Assembly (NCBI GenBank): GCA_024233785.1
Contig: JACKPD010000003.1
Location: 40,190-104,189 of the forward strand
Length of the DNA: 64,000 nucleotides
Direction: 5' to 3'
Source: Spirochaetales bacterium
GTDB taxonomy: Bacteria > Spirochaetota > Spirochaetia > CADAEX01
Below, one piece after another: positions 48,855 through 60,100 of this stretch. Made by a program: the position numbers and the translations under genes. The notes beneath the pieces are model-generated. The model saw only the letters and a list, made by a program, of their open reading frames with translations. It did not search any database and was not told where the DNA came from. The stretch's first letter is position 1. Every line of letters starts with the position of its first letter.

Positions 48855-49172
48855 TACAGTACTTCCCCGCATTTTTTGCATTTTCTGACCTTATTATCAC
48901 CGGAAATCTCTACCCCAATCCTGGTCGGTCCGCATTTTTTACAAACAATCATGACATTTGAAATATCAATTGGTGCTTCAATCTCGACAATGCCGCCTTT
49001 TTCTCCCTGTTTCCTGGGTTTTTTGGCTTTTTTTATCATGTTAAGACCTGAAACAATGACCCGGCCTTTAATTCTGTCAATTCTGACAATTTTCCCGGAC
49101 TTTCCTTTTTCTTTTCCTGTAACAATTTTTACAAGATCATCTTTTTTAAGCTTGTACTTAACCTTTTCCATA
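48854..49172 (-). CDS. rplX: 50S ribosomal protein L24 with C-terminal CxxC-x16-CxxC zinc ribbon
   Basis: KOW domain. Start trimmed from the TTG in the ORF track to the ATG (MEKVKY...). Confidence 0.9.
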
Positions 49173-49183
49173 ATCAAAATCCT

Positions 49184-49552
49184 TTAAAGAACTTCTGGAG
49201 CCAGAGATATAATCTTCATGTGATTCCCATCTCTCAGTTCCCTTGCGACAGGCCCGAATATTCTTTTTCCACGCGGGTTCATTGCCTGATCAAGTATTAC
49301 GCAGGCATTGTCATCGAATCTTATATATGTCCCGTCTGCCCTTCTAACTTTATTTGTAGTTCGGACAATAATTGCCTTATGAACCTCGCCTTTTTTAACA
49401 GGCGCATTCGGAATAGCATTTTTTACTGCAACTACAATTATATCACCAATTGCTGCACTTCTTTTTTTGCTTCCGCCAAGTACTTTAATGCACTGCACTA
49501 CCTTGGCACCGCTGTTGTCTGCAACATTAAGATATGTCTGCATCTGTATCAT
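49184..49552 (-). CDS. rplN: 50S ribosomal protein L14
   Basis: [18 protein letters not shown]-terminus. Confidence 0.96.
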   Translation of the reverse strand: MIQMQTYLNVADNSGAKVVQCIKVLGGSKKRSAAIGDIIVVAVKNAIPNAPVKKGEVHKAIIVRTTNKVRRADGTYIRFDDNACVILDQAMNPRGKRIFGPVARELRDGNHMKIISLAPEVL

Positions 49553-49607
49553 ATCTTTTCAACTCCTTCCAGCTTCACAGTTTCATCTCCAACTAAATCT
49601 CATTTTA

Positions 49608-49880
49608 TTATTTAGCTTTTTCAACAATTTCCAGAAGCTGCCAGCATTTTTCCCTGCTAATAGGCCTTGACTGGATTATCTTCACTTTATCACCGGCTTT
49701 GGCATCATTATTTTCATCATGTGCTTTGACCTTTTTTGTACTGATTACATATTTCTTGTACAGTCTGTGAAGTTTTCTTTTTTCAATCGCAACAACTATT
49801 GTCTTGGCCATTTTATCGCTGACAACAATACCGCTGTATATTTTTTTTCCTACTATCCTTTTTTCCTGGGTGTTTTCCAC
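49608..49880 (-). CDS. rpsQ: 30S ribosomal protein S17
   Basis: S17 OB-fold pattern. Confidence 0.92.
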   Translation of the reverse strand: MENTQEKRIVGKKIYSGIVVSDKMAKTIVVAIEKRKLHRLYKKYVISTKKVKAHDENNDAKAGDKVKIIQSRPISREKCWQLLEIVEKAK

Positions 49881-49889
49881 TTTGATCTC

Positions 49890-50090
49890 CTAACCTTTTC
49901 TTATTCCAAGATCATTTTCATGAATTAATGTCTTGAGCCGAGCAATATTTCTTCTTAATGTTCTTTTCTCAAGCGGATTTTCAACATGTCCCAGCACTGC
50001 CTTAAATCTTAAATCCATATACTTCTTTTTAAGCTCATCATGTTTAGAATGAAGCTCTTCAAACGTTAAATCTCTAAAATTATCCTTCAT
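49890..50090 (-). CDS. rpmC: 50S ribosomal protein L29
   Basis: 66 aa helical L29. Confidence 0.9.
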   Translation of the reverse strand: MKDNFRDLTFEELHSKHDELKKKYMDLRFKAVLGHVENPLEKRTLRRNIARLKTLIHENDLGIRKG

Positions 50091-50093
50091 ACC

Positions 50094-50516
50094 CTACTCC
50101 AGCTCTCTTCTTGCAACAAATCTTGTTTTTATTGGCAGTTTGCTGCCGGCAAGTTCCATTGCTTCTACTGCAAGCTCCCTGGTTACCCCTGCCATTTCAA
50201 ACATAACAGTTCCAGGCTTTACAACAGCTACCCAGTATTCCGGATTACCTTTACCTTTACCCATTCTTGTTTCAGCAGGTTTTTTTGTAAAAGGCATGTC
50301 AGGAAAAATCCTGATCCAGACCTTTCCGCCTCTTTTAATTTTTCTGGTCATGGCAATTCTCGCTGCCTCAATCTGCCTGTTTGTTATCCATTTTGGTTCA
50401 ATTGCAACAAGGCCGAAGTCCCCGAAAGCAATTGTATTTTTTCTTGAGGCTGCAACAAAAAGAGTTTTGATGCTGCGCATCTTTTTTCTGAATTTTGTTC
50501 TCTTTGGACTAAGCAT
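50094..50516 (-). CDS. rplP: 50S ribosomal protein L16
   Basis: [12 protein letters not shown]-terminus. Confidence 0.96.
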   Translation of the reverse strand: MLSPKRTKFRKKMRSIKTLFVAASRKNTIAFGDFGLVAIEPKWITNRQIEAARIAMTRKIKRGGKVWIRIFPDMPFTKKPAETRMGKGKGNPEYWVAVVKPGTVMFEMAGVTRELAVEAMELAGSKLPIKTRFVARRELE

Positions 50517-50530
50517 CTCAACATCACTCC

Positions 50531-51226
50531 TTAATTAATACCGGCTTTCTTTCTTTTTTTAACCAATACACCAGCATCATCTTTCATATCACGTTTATAA
50601 ACTTCTCCATGAAAGACCCAGACTTTAACACCAATCGCTCCGAATGTTGTAAATGCCTCAGAAAAACCGTAATCAATATTTGCCCTGAATGTATGAAGAG
50701 GGACACGGCCTTCTTTATACTGCTGCACTCTTGCCATTTCAGCGCCGGCAAGTCTGCCTGCGATCCTGATTTTTATACCCTGAGCACCGCCTCTCATCGC
50801 ATTATTCACTGCTGTTTTCAGAACTTTCCTGAACGAACCTTTTGATTTAAGCTGCTTGGCAATATTCTCGGATATTATCTGCGCGTTAATCTCAGGTTTT
50901 TTAAGCTCCTTGATTTTAAGCTGAATTTTCTTTCCAGCTTCTTTCTGCAGTCTTTCACCGATTTTCTCAATTGTTGCGCCTTTTGTCCCAATCAGTATTC
51001 CGGGCCTTGAGCTTTCTATTACTACAGTAATACGCTGCGGCTGCCTGACAATTTCAACATTCGCAATTTCAGCGCCCTTTGTTTCAGGACAATTCTTTAA
51101 AACTTTTCTAAGGCGAAGGTCTTCATGAAGTGTATTTGCGTATTCCCTGGGATCCACATACCATTTCGACTTCCATGTTTTATTGATTCCAAGCCTTAAA
51201 CCTATCGGATTAACTTTCTGTCCCAA
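50531..51226 (-). CDS. rpsC: 30S ribosomal protein S3
   Basis: [14 protein letters not shown]-terminus and KH domain. Confidence 0.96.
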   Translation of the reverse strand: MGQKVNPIGLRLGINKTWKSKWYVDPREYANTLHEDLRLRKVLKNCPETKGAEIANVEIVRQPQRITVVIESSRPGILIGTKGATIEKIGERLQKEAGKKIQLKIKELKKPEINAQIISENIAKQLKSKGSFRKVLKTAVNNAMRGGAQGIKIRIAGRLAGAEMARVQQYKEGRVPLHTFRANIDYGFSEAFTTFGAIGVKVWVFHGEVYKRDMKDDAGVLVKKRKKAGIN

Positions 51227-51230
51227 CTTC

Positions 51231-51593
51231 TTATTCCCCCATCTCTGCTATTTCATCTACAACAACAGATATATGACTCATCCTTTTCAAAAGAATGTCT
51301 CTTTTTCCTCTTGCTCTTGCCCATAGCCTTTTAAGGCGGGGACCGTCGCTTACCTGAAGTTCTTTTATATAAAGCATTTCTTCATCAAGTTTTTTGTTTT
51401 GAAAAAGCGCATTTGCTGCAGCTGATTGAATAACTTTTTTAAGAATTCTCGCGCCCTTGTTAGGTATGGCATCAAGCACTGCCAGAGCCTGAGGATACGG
51501 ACTTCTTCTAACCAAATCTGCAACAGGTCTGACTTTTCTGGGTGAAATCATCAGATACCTGGCTACAGCTTTATATCCTTTCTTAGCTTCCAT
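51231..51593 (-). CDS. rplV: 50S ribosomal protein L22
   Basis: Start trimmed from TTG to ATG (MEAKKGYKAVARYL). Confidence 0.93.
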   Translation of the reverse strand: MEAKKGYKAVARYLMISPRKVRPVADLVRRSPYPQALAVLDAIPNKGARILKKVIQSAAANALFQNKKLDEEMLYIKELQVSDGPRLKRLWARARGKRDILLKRMSHISVVVDEIAEMGE

Positions 51594-51619
51594 AATCAAA
51601 CACCTATCTCCTTATATTC

Positions 51620-51898
51620 CTATTTCTTGGCTTTTTTATCAGAGCTTGAATGGCCTCTGTAAAATCTTGTAGGTGCAAATTCGCCTAATTTATGCCCAAC
51701 AAGGTTCTCTGTAACATATACAGGTACCCATGTTTTTCCGTTGTATACAGAAATAGTAAACCCAACCATCTCAGGTATGACTGTGGAACATCTGGAATAA
51801 GATTTAATCATCTTTCTGTCTGCAGATTTCCCCATTTCAACTACTCTTTTATAGAGTTTCTTTTCTATGAACGGTCCTTTTTTTATCGATCTAGACAC
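51620..51898 (-). CDS. rpsS: 30S ribosomal protein S19
   Basis: [11 protein letters not shown]-terminus. Confidence 0.96.
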   Translation of the reverse strand: MSRSIKKGPFIEKKLYKRVVEMGKSADRKMIKSYSRCSTVIPEMVGFTISVYNGKTWVPVYVTENLVGHKLGEFAPTRFYRGHSSSDKKAKK

Positions 51899-51907
51899 AA
51901 CTATCTC

Positions 51908-52732
51908 CTACTTTCGTCTTTTTACTATAAATTTACTGGATAGCTTTCTCTTGTTTCTTGTTTTAAACCCTTTAGTCGGCTTACCCCATGGTGTTACAGG
52001 ATGTCTTCCGCCGGAAGTTCTTCCTTCACCGCCTCCATGAGGATGATCATGAGGATTCATTACAACACCTCTAACCTTGGGTCTTTTACCAAGCCACCTG
52101 GTCCTGCCTGCCTTTCCTATTGAAACGTTCATGTGGTCTTCATTACCCACTATGCCTATTGTTGCACAGCATTTATTAAAAACCATCCGCATCTCACCGG
52201 AAGGAAGCCTTACCGTAACATAGTCGCCTTCTTTGGCAACTACCACAGCACTGGTCCCTGCAGATCTTACAAGCTGACCGCCCCTTCCAAGCTGAAGCTC
52301 CAGATTATGTACTTCAATTCCAAGCGGTATATATTCAAGAGGAAGCGAATTACCCGACTTCAGGGGAGCGCCTTCTCCGCTTTGAACGAATTCTCCAACA
52401 AGCAGACCTTTTGGAGCAAGTATGTATCTTTTCTCTCCATCGACATAATTTATCAGCGCTATATTGGCACTTCTGTTAGGATCGTACTCAATCTGCGCTA
52501 CTTTTCCGGGCACACCTGACTTATCTCTTTTAAAATCTATAAGCCGGTACTTTTGTTTATGTCCTCCGCCTTTTCTTCTAACACTTATTCTGCCGCCGGC
52601 GCCTCTGCCGGCCTTAAATCCAAAACCTTCTGTAAGACTTTTCTCAGGTCTGTCACAGGTAATGTCTTTTTTATCAAGTGTTGTTTTCATTCGCAAACCC
52701 GGCGTATTGGGTTTATACTTTTTAATGCCCAC
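51908..52732 (-). CDS. rplB: 50S ribosomal protein L2
   Basis: 274 aa with conserved L2 C-terminal domain. Confidence 0.96.
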   Translation of the reverse strand: MGIKKYKPNTPGLRMKTTLDKKDITCDRPEKSLTEGFGFKAGRGAGGRISVRRKGGGHKQKYRLIDFKRDKSGVPGKVAQIEYDPNRSANIALINYVDGEKRYILAPKGLLVGEFVQSGEGAPLKSGNSLPLEYIPLGIEVHNLELQLGRGGQLVRSAGTSAVVVAKEGDYVTVRLPSGEMRMVFNKCCATIGIVGNEDHMNVSIGKAGRTRWLGKRPKVRGVVMNPHDHPHGGGEGRTSGGRHPVTPWGKPTKGFKTRNKRKLSSKFIVKRRK

Positions 52733-52749
52733 CTATCAGCCCCCTATCC

Positions 52750-53055
52750 TCAAACACCTTCAAAAATATTAATTTTTTCACCCGGTGATAATGTTACAAC
52801 TGCTTTTTTCCAGGCAGCTTTCTGTCCTTCCCGGTTACCGGACTTAGTCCTGGTAGTTTTTGTTTTGCTTTTAACCCATGCAATATTGCAGGAGACAGGT
52901 TTTACATCAAATATTTTCCTGACCGCATCCATTACCTGCAATTTATTTGCTGATGGTAAAACCCTGAATACATATTTAATGTTTTTTTCTTCCCGCATTC
53001 CGTTTGTTTTTTCTGTCACAACCGGCTCTATTAAAACTCTTTCTATATCCATCAC
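52750..53055 (-). CDS. rplW: 50S ribosomal protein L23
   Basis: L23 pattern. Overlaps rplD by 4 nt. Confidence 0.92.
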   Translation of the reverse strand: MMDIERVLIEPVVTEKTNGMREEKNIKYVFRVLPSANKLQVMDAVRKIFDVKPVSCNIAWVKSKTKTTRTKSGNREGQKAAWKKAVVTLSPGEKINIFEGV

Positions 53056-53690
53056 ACTACCTCTTGCTTTCCACCGTAGAAATCATTGAGCTTTTCAGCA
53101 GCTGATTCCAGAAGCAGAATGTTTTTCCCGTAAAACAGATCATGAGCCCTGAGTCTGTTATATGAAAGAAAAGAAACCCAAGGGATATTTCTTCCTGCTC
53201 TTTTAATCATGTTATCATCATCTTTGAGAACTATTACAGTTCTTTCCGGTTTTACAAGATTGGCAAGTATTGAAGTTATATCGGAAGTTTTACCGCTTTC
53301 AATTGTGAAATCTTCAACAATTTTCAAATTGTTATTTTTGTTTTTAAGGCTTAAAATTGATTTTAAAGCAAGTTTTTTCATGTTTTTCGGCATTTTAAAA
53401 CCGTAGTCCTTTGGTTTTGGACCAAAAACTATACCGCCGCCTACCCATACAGGACTTCTCTTATGCCCTGATCTTGCTCTTCCAGTACCTTTCTGACTCC
53501 ACGGTTTGGCCCCGCTTCCCTTGACTTCGCTTCTGCCCTTTGTACAGGCAGTGCCAACTCTCATGTTAGCCAGCTCATTATTAATCGCGTAATATATTGT
53601 ACCTTCACTGATATCACAATTAAAAACGGAGTCTTTAAGTTCTACTGTTTTTATCTCTTCGCCTTTTATCGAAAAGACCTTAGCTTCCAT
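53052..53690 (-). CDS. rplD: 50S ribosomal protein L4
   Basis: L4 pattern. 212 aa. Confidence 0.94.
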   Translation of the reverse strand: MEAKVFSIKGEEIKTVELKDSVFNCDISEGTIYYAINNELANMRVGTACTKGRSEVKGSGAKPWSQKGTGRARSGHKRSPVWVGGGIVFGPKPKDYGFKMPKNMKKLALKSILSLKNKNNNLKIVEDFTIESGKTSDITSILANLVKPERTVIVLKDDDNMIKRAGRNIPWVSFLSYNRLRAHDLFYGKNILLLESAAEKLNDFYGGKQEVV

Positions 53691-53703
53691 TTGTTTCCTC
53701 TGC

Positions 53704-54321
53704 CTATTTTATTGATTTACGTACTGTAAGAATACCTTTATTAACACCGGGAACAGATCCCGCTACCAATAAAACCTTATTCTCAGTATCTACTTTTACA
53801 ACTTTCAGGTTCTGAACCGTAACCCTGTCAGCGCCCATCCGGCCGGCCATTTTAACGTTCTTGAACGTTCTTGAAGGATATGACGCCTGTCCGGTTGATC
53901 CGCCTTCCCTGTGAAATTTTGAACCGTGAGTTACTCTGCCGCCGCCGTAATTATGACGCTTCATAACACCCTGGTAACCTTTACCCTTTGAAACAGCAAT
54001 TACATCGACAGAATCAATGTCATTGAATATTTCAATTCCAATTTTGTCACCGGCCTTGCATTCAAGTTCAAAATCTCTCATTTCCTTGAGATACTTTTTA
54101 GGTTCCTTGTCTTCGCCGAATTGTCCGAGAACAGGCTTAAGCATCCTGCTCTTTTTAACTTCGCCGTAACCAAGGACAACCGAGTTGTAGCCGTTTTTTT
54201 CGGCTGTTCTCTGCTCTACCACAAGATTCTCATCTATCTTAATAACTGTTACAGGTGTAAGTACACCTTTCTCATCAAAAACCTGAGTCATGCCTATTTT
54301 CTCAGCTATCACCGCAACCAT
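53704..54321 (-). CDS. rplC: 50S ribosomal protein L3
   Basis: L3 pattern. 205 aa. Confidence 0.95.
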   Translation of the reverse strand: MVAVIAEKIGMTQVFDEKGVLTPVTVIKIDENLVVEQRTAEKNGYNSVVLGYGEVKKSRMLKPVLGQFGEDKEPKKYLKEMRDFELECKAGDKIGIEIFNDIDSVDVIAVSKGKGYQGVMKRHNYGGGRVTHGSKFHREGGSTGQASYPSRTFKNVKMAGRMGADRVTVQNLKVVKVDTENKVLLVAGSVPGVNKGILTVRKSIK

Positions 54322-54337
54322 CTTTTACCCCAAAACC

Positions 54338-54646
54338 TTACTGTTTTATTTCAACATCAACACCTGCCGGAAGCTCAAGTTTCATTAAAGCATCCATAAC
54401 CGCTGGTGTCGGTTCAAGTATATCAATCAACCGTTTGTGTGTTCTCATTTCAAACTGTTCTCTTGACTTTTTATTAACAAACGGCGACTTAAGAACTGTA
54501 TATTTGCTGATCTTCGTAGGCAGCGGTATAGGACCTGCAACCTTTGATCCGGCCTTCACAACAGTCTGAACTATCGATTTTGCACTCTGATCAATCAATT
54601 CAATATCAAAACCCCTAAGCCTCACTCTGATGCGTTCCTCAGCCAT
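54338..54646 (-). CDS. rpsJ: 30S ribosomal protein S10
   Basis: Start trimmed to [10 protein letters not shown] (ATG at 54644-54646) preceded by an AGGAGGAG SD. The longer ORF in the track would run into tuf. Confidence 0.94.
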   Translation of the reverse strand: MAEERIRVRLRGFDIELIDQSAKSIVQTVVKAGSKVAGPIPLPTKISKYTVLKSPFVNKKSREQFEMRTHKRLIDILEPTPAVMDALMKLELPAGVDVEIKQ

Positions 54647-54663
54647 TTCTCCTCCTGAAAAAA

Positions 54664-54688
54664 TTGCCCCCCGCCTGGCAGAGGGCAT
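54664..54688 (-). promoter_or_regulatory. RNA hairpin + U6 between tuf and rpsJ (partial terminator / attenuator candidate)
   Basis: Minus-strand 9-bp stem (ugcccucug / cggggggca, includes two G-U pairs so RNA-specific), loop ccagg, then aUUUUUU. Immediately followed by the rpsJ SD. Confidence 0.45.
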
Positions 54689-54693
54689 ATCCA

Positions 54694-55878
54694 TTACTCA
54701 GCAACATCTATTACCTGGCCGGAAGCAACTGTTCTGCCCCCTTCCCTGATTGCAAATCTCAAACCTTTATCCATTGCTATAGGATAGATAAGTTCAACAT
54801 CGAGTTCTGTGTTATCTCCAGGCATTACCATCTGCTTATCAGCAGGAAGAGTTACTGAACCTGTAATATCAGTTGTTCTGAAATAAAACTGAGGTCTGTA
54901 TCCTGTAAAGAACGGATTGTGTCTTCCGCCTTCTTCCTTTGTAAGACAATAAATTGTGCCTTTGAATTTATTATGCGGTTTAATTGTTCCCGGTTTAGCA
55001 AGTACCTGACCTCTTTCAACTTCTTTCTTGTCAATACCCCTTAAGAGAGCGCCGATATTATCACCAGCTTCTCCCTGGTCAAGAATCTTGTTGAACATTT
55101 CAACACCGGTACAAACTGTTTTTTTGGTATCTTTGATACCTACGATTTCAATTTCATCGCCTACTTTTACAATACCTCTTTCAATTCTTCCTGTAACAAC
55201 TGTTCCTCTACCCTGGATTGAGAATACATCCTCAACCGGCATAAGGTAAGGTTTATCTACAGCTCTTTCAGGTATCGGGAAGTAAGAATCCATTGCATCA
55301 AGCAGTTCCTGTACACATTTTGTAGCTTCAGGATCTGTAGGATTTGTCATAGCCTGAAAAGCAGAACCTTTTATAATAGGACAATTGGGATCAAATCCGT
55401 ATGATTCAAGAAGTTCCTGAACCTCAACTTCTACAAGCTCTACAAGCTCAGGATCGGCAAGATCCATTTTGTTAAGAAATACTATCAGCTTGGGAACGCC
55501 TACCTGTCTTGCAAGAAGGATGTGCTCTCTGGTCTGGGGTTCCGGACCTGAATCTGCAGCAACAAGAATTACCGCTCCATCCATCTGGGCTGCGCCCGTA
55601 ATCATATTTTTTATATAGTCAGCATGTCCCGGACAGTCTACATGTGCGTAATGCCTTTTGTCTGATGAATATTCAATATGCCTTGTGTTAATTGTAATAC
55701 CACGCGCTTTTTCTTCCGGTGCATTATCAATATCATCATAATTCATGATCTTTCCGCCATTTTTTGCTGAACAATACATTGATATGGCAGCAGTAAGTGT
55801 TGTTTTACCGTGGTCTACATGTCCAATTGTACCAACATTGATATGCGGTTTAGACCTTTCGAACTTTTCTTTAGCCAT
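54694..55878 (-). CDS. tuf: elongation factor Tu
   Basis: [10 protein letters not shown] and DCPGHADY motifs. ATG at 55876-55878 with AGGAG SD. Confidence 0.98.
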   Translation of the reverse strand: MAKEKFERSKPHINVGTIGHVDHGKTTLTAAISMYCSAKNGGKIMNYDDIDNAPEEKARGITINTRHIEYSSDKRHYAHVDCPGHADYIKNMITGAAQMDGAVILVAADSGPEPQTREHILLARQVGVPKLIVFLNKMDLADPELVELVEVEVQELLESYGFDPNCPIIKGSAFQAMTNPTDPEATKCVQELLDAMDSYFPIPERAVDKPYLMPVEDVFSIQGRGTVVTGRIERGIVKVGDEIEIVGIKDTKKTVCTGVEMFNKILDQGEAGDNIGALLRGIDKKEVERGQVLAKPGTIKPHNKFKGTIYCLTKEEGGRHNPFFTGYRPQFYFRTTDITGSVTLPADKQMVMPGDNTELDVELIYPIAMDKGLRFAIREGGRTVASGQVIDVAE

Positions 55879-56093
55879 CAGTTTCTCCTTTAAATTACAT
55901 TCCTTATAATTTTATAATCCTGCGGCCGCGCATTCCGGGCCAACTGCCCATATGAATATGCTGCCGTACATTCTCGAGGTAAAATGATGATGATCTTACT
56001 ATTCCTTAACTTATAAAAATTAACAGATTAGCAGTTCCACCACCTTACCACCCTTATAACGAGATATGGCTTTCAGCCGCCGTATCTCACAGA

Positions 56094-56121
56094 GTGATTG
56101 GTTTGGCTAAAACCAATTCAC
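56094..56121. promoter_or_regulatory. 28-bp near-perfect inverted repeat gtgattggttt-N5-aaaccaattcac in the rpsG-tuf spacer
   Basis: 11/12 bp arms with one bulged A and a 5 bp spacer. No trailing U-tract on the coding strand. Operator-like or RNA stem. Confidence 0.45.
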
Positions 56122-56195
56122 AATACAGATTAAATACAATTAACACAAGATGATAATTTATTCAAGCTCTCAAGAGGGTATGAATAATTATATAT

Positions 56196-56666
56196 TTACC
56201 ATCTGTAATGGGAGAATGCCTTGTTGGCTTCTGCCATTCTGTGTGTATCTTCTTTTTTCTTGAATGCTGTTCCTGTTGAGTTGAATGCGTCAAAAAACTC
56301 AGCACCAAGTTTTTCTCCCATTGTTCTTCCGCTTCTTGATCTGGCGGCGGTTATAATCCATCTTGTCGCAAGCGCATCCCTTCTCGAGTCCCTGATTTCA
56401 ACAGGCACCTGATAGGTTGAACCCCCGACTCTTCTCGATTTTACTTCAACCAATGGCTTGATTTTTTCCATGGCTTCTGTAAACGCTTCAACAGCATCTT
56501 TCTGAGTCTTACTGCTTAACATCTCAAGCGCATCATACATGATTCGTGTACTTACAGATTTCTTTCCGTCAAGCATCATCCGTGCAATAAACTTGGATAT
56601 TGCCGTGCTCCCGTATTTCGGATCAGGAACAATTAATGTTCTTACTTTTACACCTTTTCTAGACAT
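56196..56666 (-). CDS. rpsG: 30S ribosomal protein S7
   Basis: [19 protein letters not shown]-terminus. Confidence 0.96.
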   Translation of the reverse strand: MSRKGVKVRTLIVPDPKYGSTAISKFIARMMLDGKKSVSTRIMYDALEMLSSKTQKDAVEAFTEAMEKIKPLVEVKSRRVGGSTYQVPVEIRDSRRDALATRWIITAARSRSGRTMGEKLGAEFFDAFNSTGTAFKKKEDTHRMAEANKAFSHYRW

Positions 56667-56680
56667 ACATCAAACCCCTG

Positions 56681-57055
56681 TCAAGCTTTCGGCTTTTTTG
56701 TACCATATTTGGATCTTGATCTTTTCCGATCTTCAACACCAAGGGTATCTTTAGCACCCCTTACAATATGATATCTTACACCAGGAAGGTCTTTTACCCT
56801 TCCCCCTCTTAAAAGTATTACCGAGTGTTCCTGCAGGTTGTGTCCAATACCCGGAATATAAGCGGTAACCTCAATACCATTCGACAATCTGACCCTTGCT
56901 ACTTTTCTTAACGCTGAATTAGGTTTTTTTGGCGTTACCGTCATAACCCTTGTACAGACTCCCCTTTTCTGGGGACAGCTTTCAAGTGCAGGAGATTTTG
57001 TCTTTTTAAGTATCTGCTTTCTACCTTTTCTGATTAACTGATTAATTGTAGGCAT
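56681..57055 (-). CDS. rpsL: 30S ribosomal protein S12
   Basis: [13 protein letters not shown]-terminus and [12 protein letters not shown] loop. Confidence 0.97.
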   Translation of the reverse strand: MPTINQLIRKGRKQILKKTKSPALESCPQKRGVCTRVMTVTPKKPNSALRKVARVRLSNGIEVTAYIPGIGHNLQEHSVILLRGGRVKDLPGVRYHIVRGAKDTLGVEDRKRSRSKYGTKKPKA

Positions 57056-57199
57056 TTACCCAATTATCTCCTAGTAAAATTTTATCTGGCAGTAATTTAT
57101 AGTCTGCCAATATTCTCAGTGAATGAAGGTTAACAACCCCATTCAAAAAAGTCAATAGCGCTGAACAGCACAAATTGAGAGCCTTTTGCCTTCACGGCA

Positions 57200-60100
57200 T
57201 CAGTCAAGCTCATCAAGACTATGCTGTTTCGGCTGCATCGAAGCAGCTTCGAGTTCTTCCTTCTTTCTTGCCTCAAGAATCGTTTGTATTGAAGCATCAA
57301 TATCTTCATTGCTTTCATCAAAAAGCTTGATATTTTTATATATTTTCTGCCCTGTTCCTGCCGGAATCAGATGCCCGATAATGATATTTTCCTTAAGTCC
57401 CCGCAGGTTATCAATTTTTCCCGCAATTGCAGCATTCGTAAGAACTCTTGTAGTTTCCTGAAATGATGCAGCGGAAAGGAACGAATCAATATTCAGGGAG
57501 GCCCTTGTGATACCGAGAAGAAGCGGTTTTGCTATCGCGGACTCACCACCTTCCCTGATTACCTTTGCATTCTCCTCATGGAATCTGTACTTATCTACCT
57601 GGTGGCCCTGGATAAAGGTTGTGTCCCCCACATGGCTTATCTCAACCTTTCTCATCATCTGCCTTACAATGACTCCAATGTGTTTGTCATTTATATGAAC
57701 ACCCTGAAGCCTGTAAACTTCCTGTATTTCATTCATAAGGAACCGCTGAAGGGCATTTTCACCAAGGATATCAAGAATATCATGCGGGTCGTTGTCTCCC
57801 TCGCTCAAAGGCTCCCCTGCCTCAACAAGGTCCCCGTCTCTTACAAGGAGGTGCTTACCCATCGGGACAAGATGTTTAAAATCAATACCCCTGTCATCAG
57901 TGATAATTATAAGACGCTTTCCCTTGATAATACCGCCGAACTTTACTTTTCCCGATATCTGCGAGAGAACAGCAATGCTCTTGGGTTTTCTTGCCTCAAA
58001 GAGTTCTCCTACACGCGGAAGACCGCCTGTAATATCTCTTGTTTTGACACTTTCCTTGAGCAGCTTCGCAAGGATCTTACCGGCGCTTATCCTTGCCCCG
58101 TCATCAACATTTATATATGACCCTCCGGGCAGATAGTATGTTGCAAGCTCATTATCATCATTGTCAGCCAGGACAATTCTGGGCTGCAGTGTTTCCAGCG
58201 TGTATTCAGTTATCTTCTTCTCAATATTACCTGTATCCTCGTTGATTTCCTCTTTTAGAGTTGTTCCGAGAATTATATCGTGATACCTTACAACACCTGA
58301 AAATTCCGCAATAATAGGTTCTGAAAACGGGTCAAAACGGGCAATTGACGATTCAGCAGGAACAACATCCCCTTCCTTTACAAGAAGTTCTGCCCCGTTT
58401 CTGATTTCCACCTTCTGTTCCTGTGAGATCAGATAAAGATTTTTATCGATTATTGCAACATAGGCAATTTCATCTGACAATATTTCTTCTTTGCCTCTTT
58501 TTATGACCGGGTTGCCGGCAATAACCTTACCGCCCTCTTCTACAAGTATTTTATCTCCCTGTTTGATTTCTATTTTTCCAAGGATCTTGCTGACCTGTAT
58601 AAACCCCTTTCTTGTAAAAAGGACATCTTTGTTGTCAAGCTCGACAGTATTTCCCGTGATTTTTCTTATAAGAACAGGATATTTCAAATAAACACGGTTT
58701 TCTTCACTCGCTTTGGTTGCCGCCCCGCCGATATGGAATGTTCTCATTGTAAGCTGGGTTCCTGGCTGTCCGATAGACTGGGCTGCGATTATTCCCACTG
58801 CCTCTCCGATTTCGACACCTTTGTTTGTAGCGAGGTTTCTGCCGTAACACTTCTGACAGACTCCGAATTTGGAATCACAGGTCAGAACGCTTCTGATCCT
58901 TACATGTTCGATTCCTGATTCTTCAATTATTGTGGCAAGTTCATCTGATATTTCTTCATTTACATCAACAAGTATCTCACCGGTAATCGGGTGCTTGACC
59001 CTTTCCAGTGTATATCTTCCCTGGATTCTGTCGGCAAGCGGTTCTACAATCTCCTCGCCATCCTTGAGAGCGCTTATTACAATTCCGTTGATTGTACCGC
59101 AGTCTTCTTCGTTGACTACAACATCCTGCGCTATATCAACAAGCCGTCTTGTAAGATAGCCGGCATCAGCAGTTTTTAGAGCTGTATCTGCAAGGCCTTT
59201 TCTGGCGCCGTTTGTTGAGATAAAGAACTCGATGATTGAAAGCCCTTCCTTGAAGTTCGCCCTGATGGGAAGCTCAATGATATCGCCTGAAGGCTTGGCC
59301 ATAAGGCCTCTCATTCCGGCAAGCTGTCTCAGCTGTGTTCTGCTTCCCCTGGCTCCTGAGTTGGCCATCATATAGATCGGGTTAAAACCCTGCCTGTCTT
59401 CTTTCAGAGTCTTCATCAGCACATTGGTAAGATCCTCATTTGTCTTACTCCATACCTCAATAACCCTGTTGTATCTTTCATCCTGTGTAATATGACCCTG
59501 AAGATACTGGTTGTGTATAACTGTTACCTGATTATTGGCATCTTCTATAAGATTTTTCTTTTCAACAGGAATAACTACATCTTCCATACTTATAGTAGAG
59601 CCGAATATTGTAGCATATTTAAAGCCAAGCTTCTTTATTGAATCAAGCATTTTAACTGTTATATATGCTCCATTATCCTTGTAGCACTTGGCAACCATTG
59701 CCTTAAGTTCTTTATCTGTCAGAGGGGCGTTGATGTATTCAATCTCTTCCGGCATTGCTTCATTGAATATCAGCCTTCCGGGGGTTGTTTCAATATATTT
59801 CCCGTCAATCTTTACCTTGCAGACTGCCTGATAATCGAGTGATCTTGCATCAATTGCCATCAGAACTTCTTCAAATGAGTAAAAATATCTCCCTTCTCCC
59901 TTTGCGCCCTTTCTCGCAACTGTAAGATAGTTAATACCGAGAACCATATCGAGCGACGGGAACACAATCGGGCTTCCGTTCGCGGGGTTTAAAAGATTGT
60001 TTACAGAAAGCATTAAGGTCCAGCATTCAATCTGCGCAGCCTGCGTTAAAGGCACATGGACCGCCATCTGGTCACCGTCAAAGTCGGCGTTATACGCATG

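Noticed and set aside
55879-56195. Possible tRNA gene or fusA pseudogene remnant in the rpsG-tuf spacer
   Set aside because: No GTTCRA T-loop or cloverleaf-compatible segment. No EF-G-like translation in any frame.
57056-57199. Terminator between rpoC and rpsL
   Set aside because: Only a U6 tract preceded by weak stems of 4 bp or less. The 63 aa ORF at 57130-57321 overlaps the rpoC 3' end and is likely spurious.
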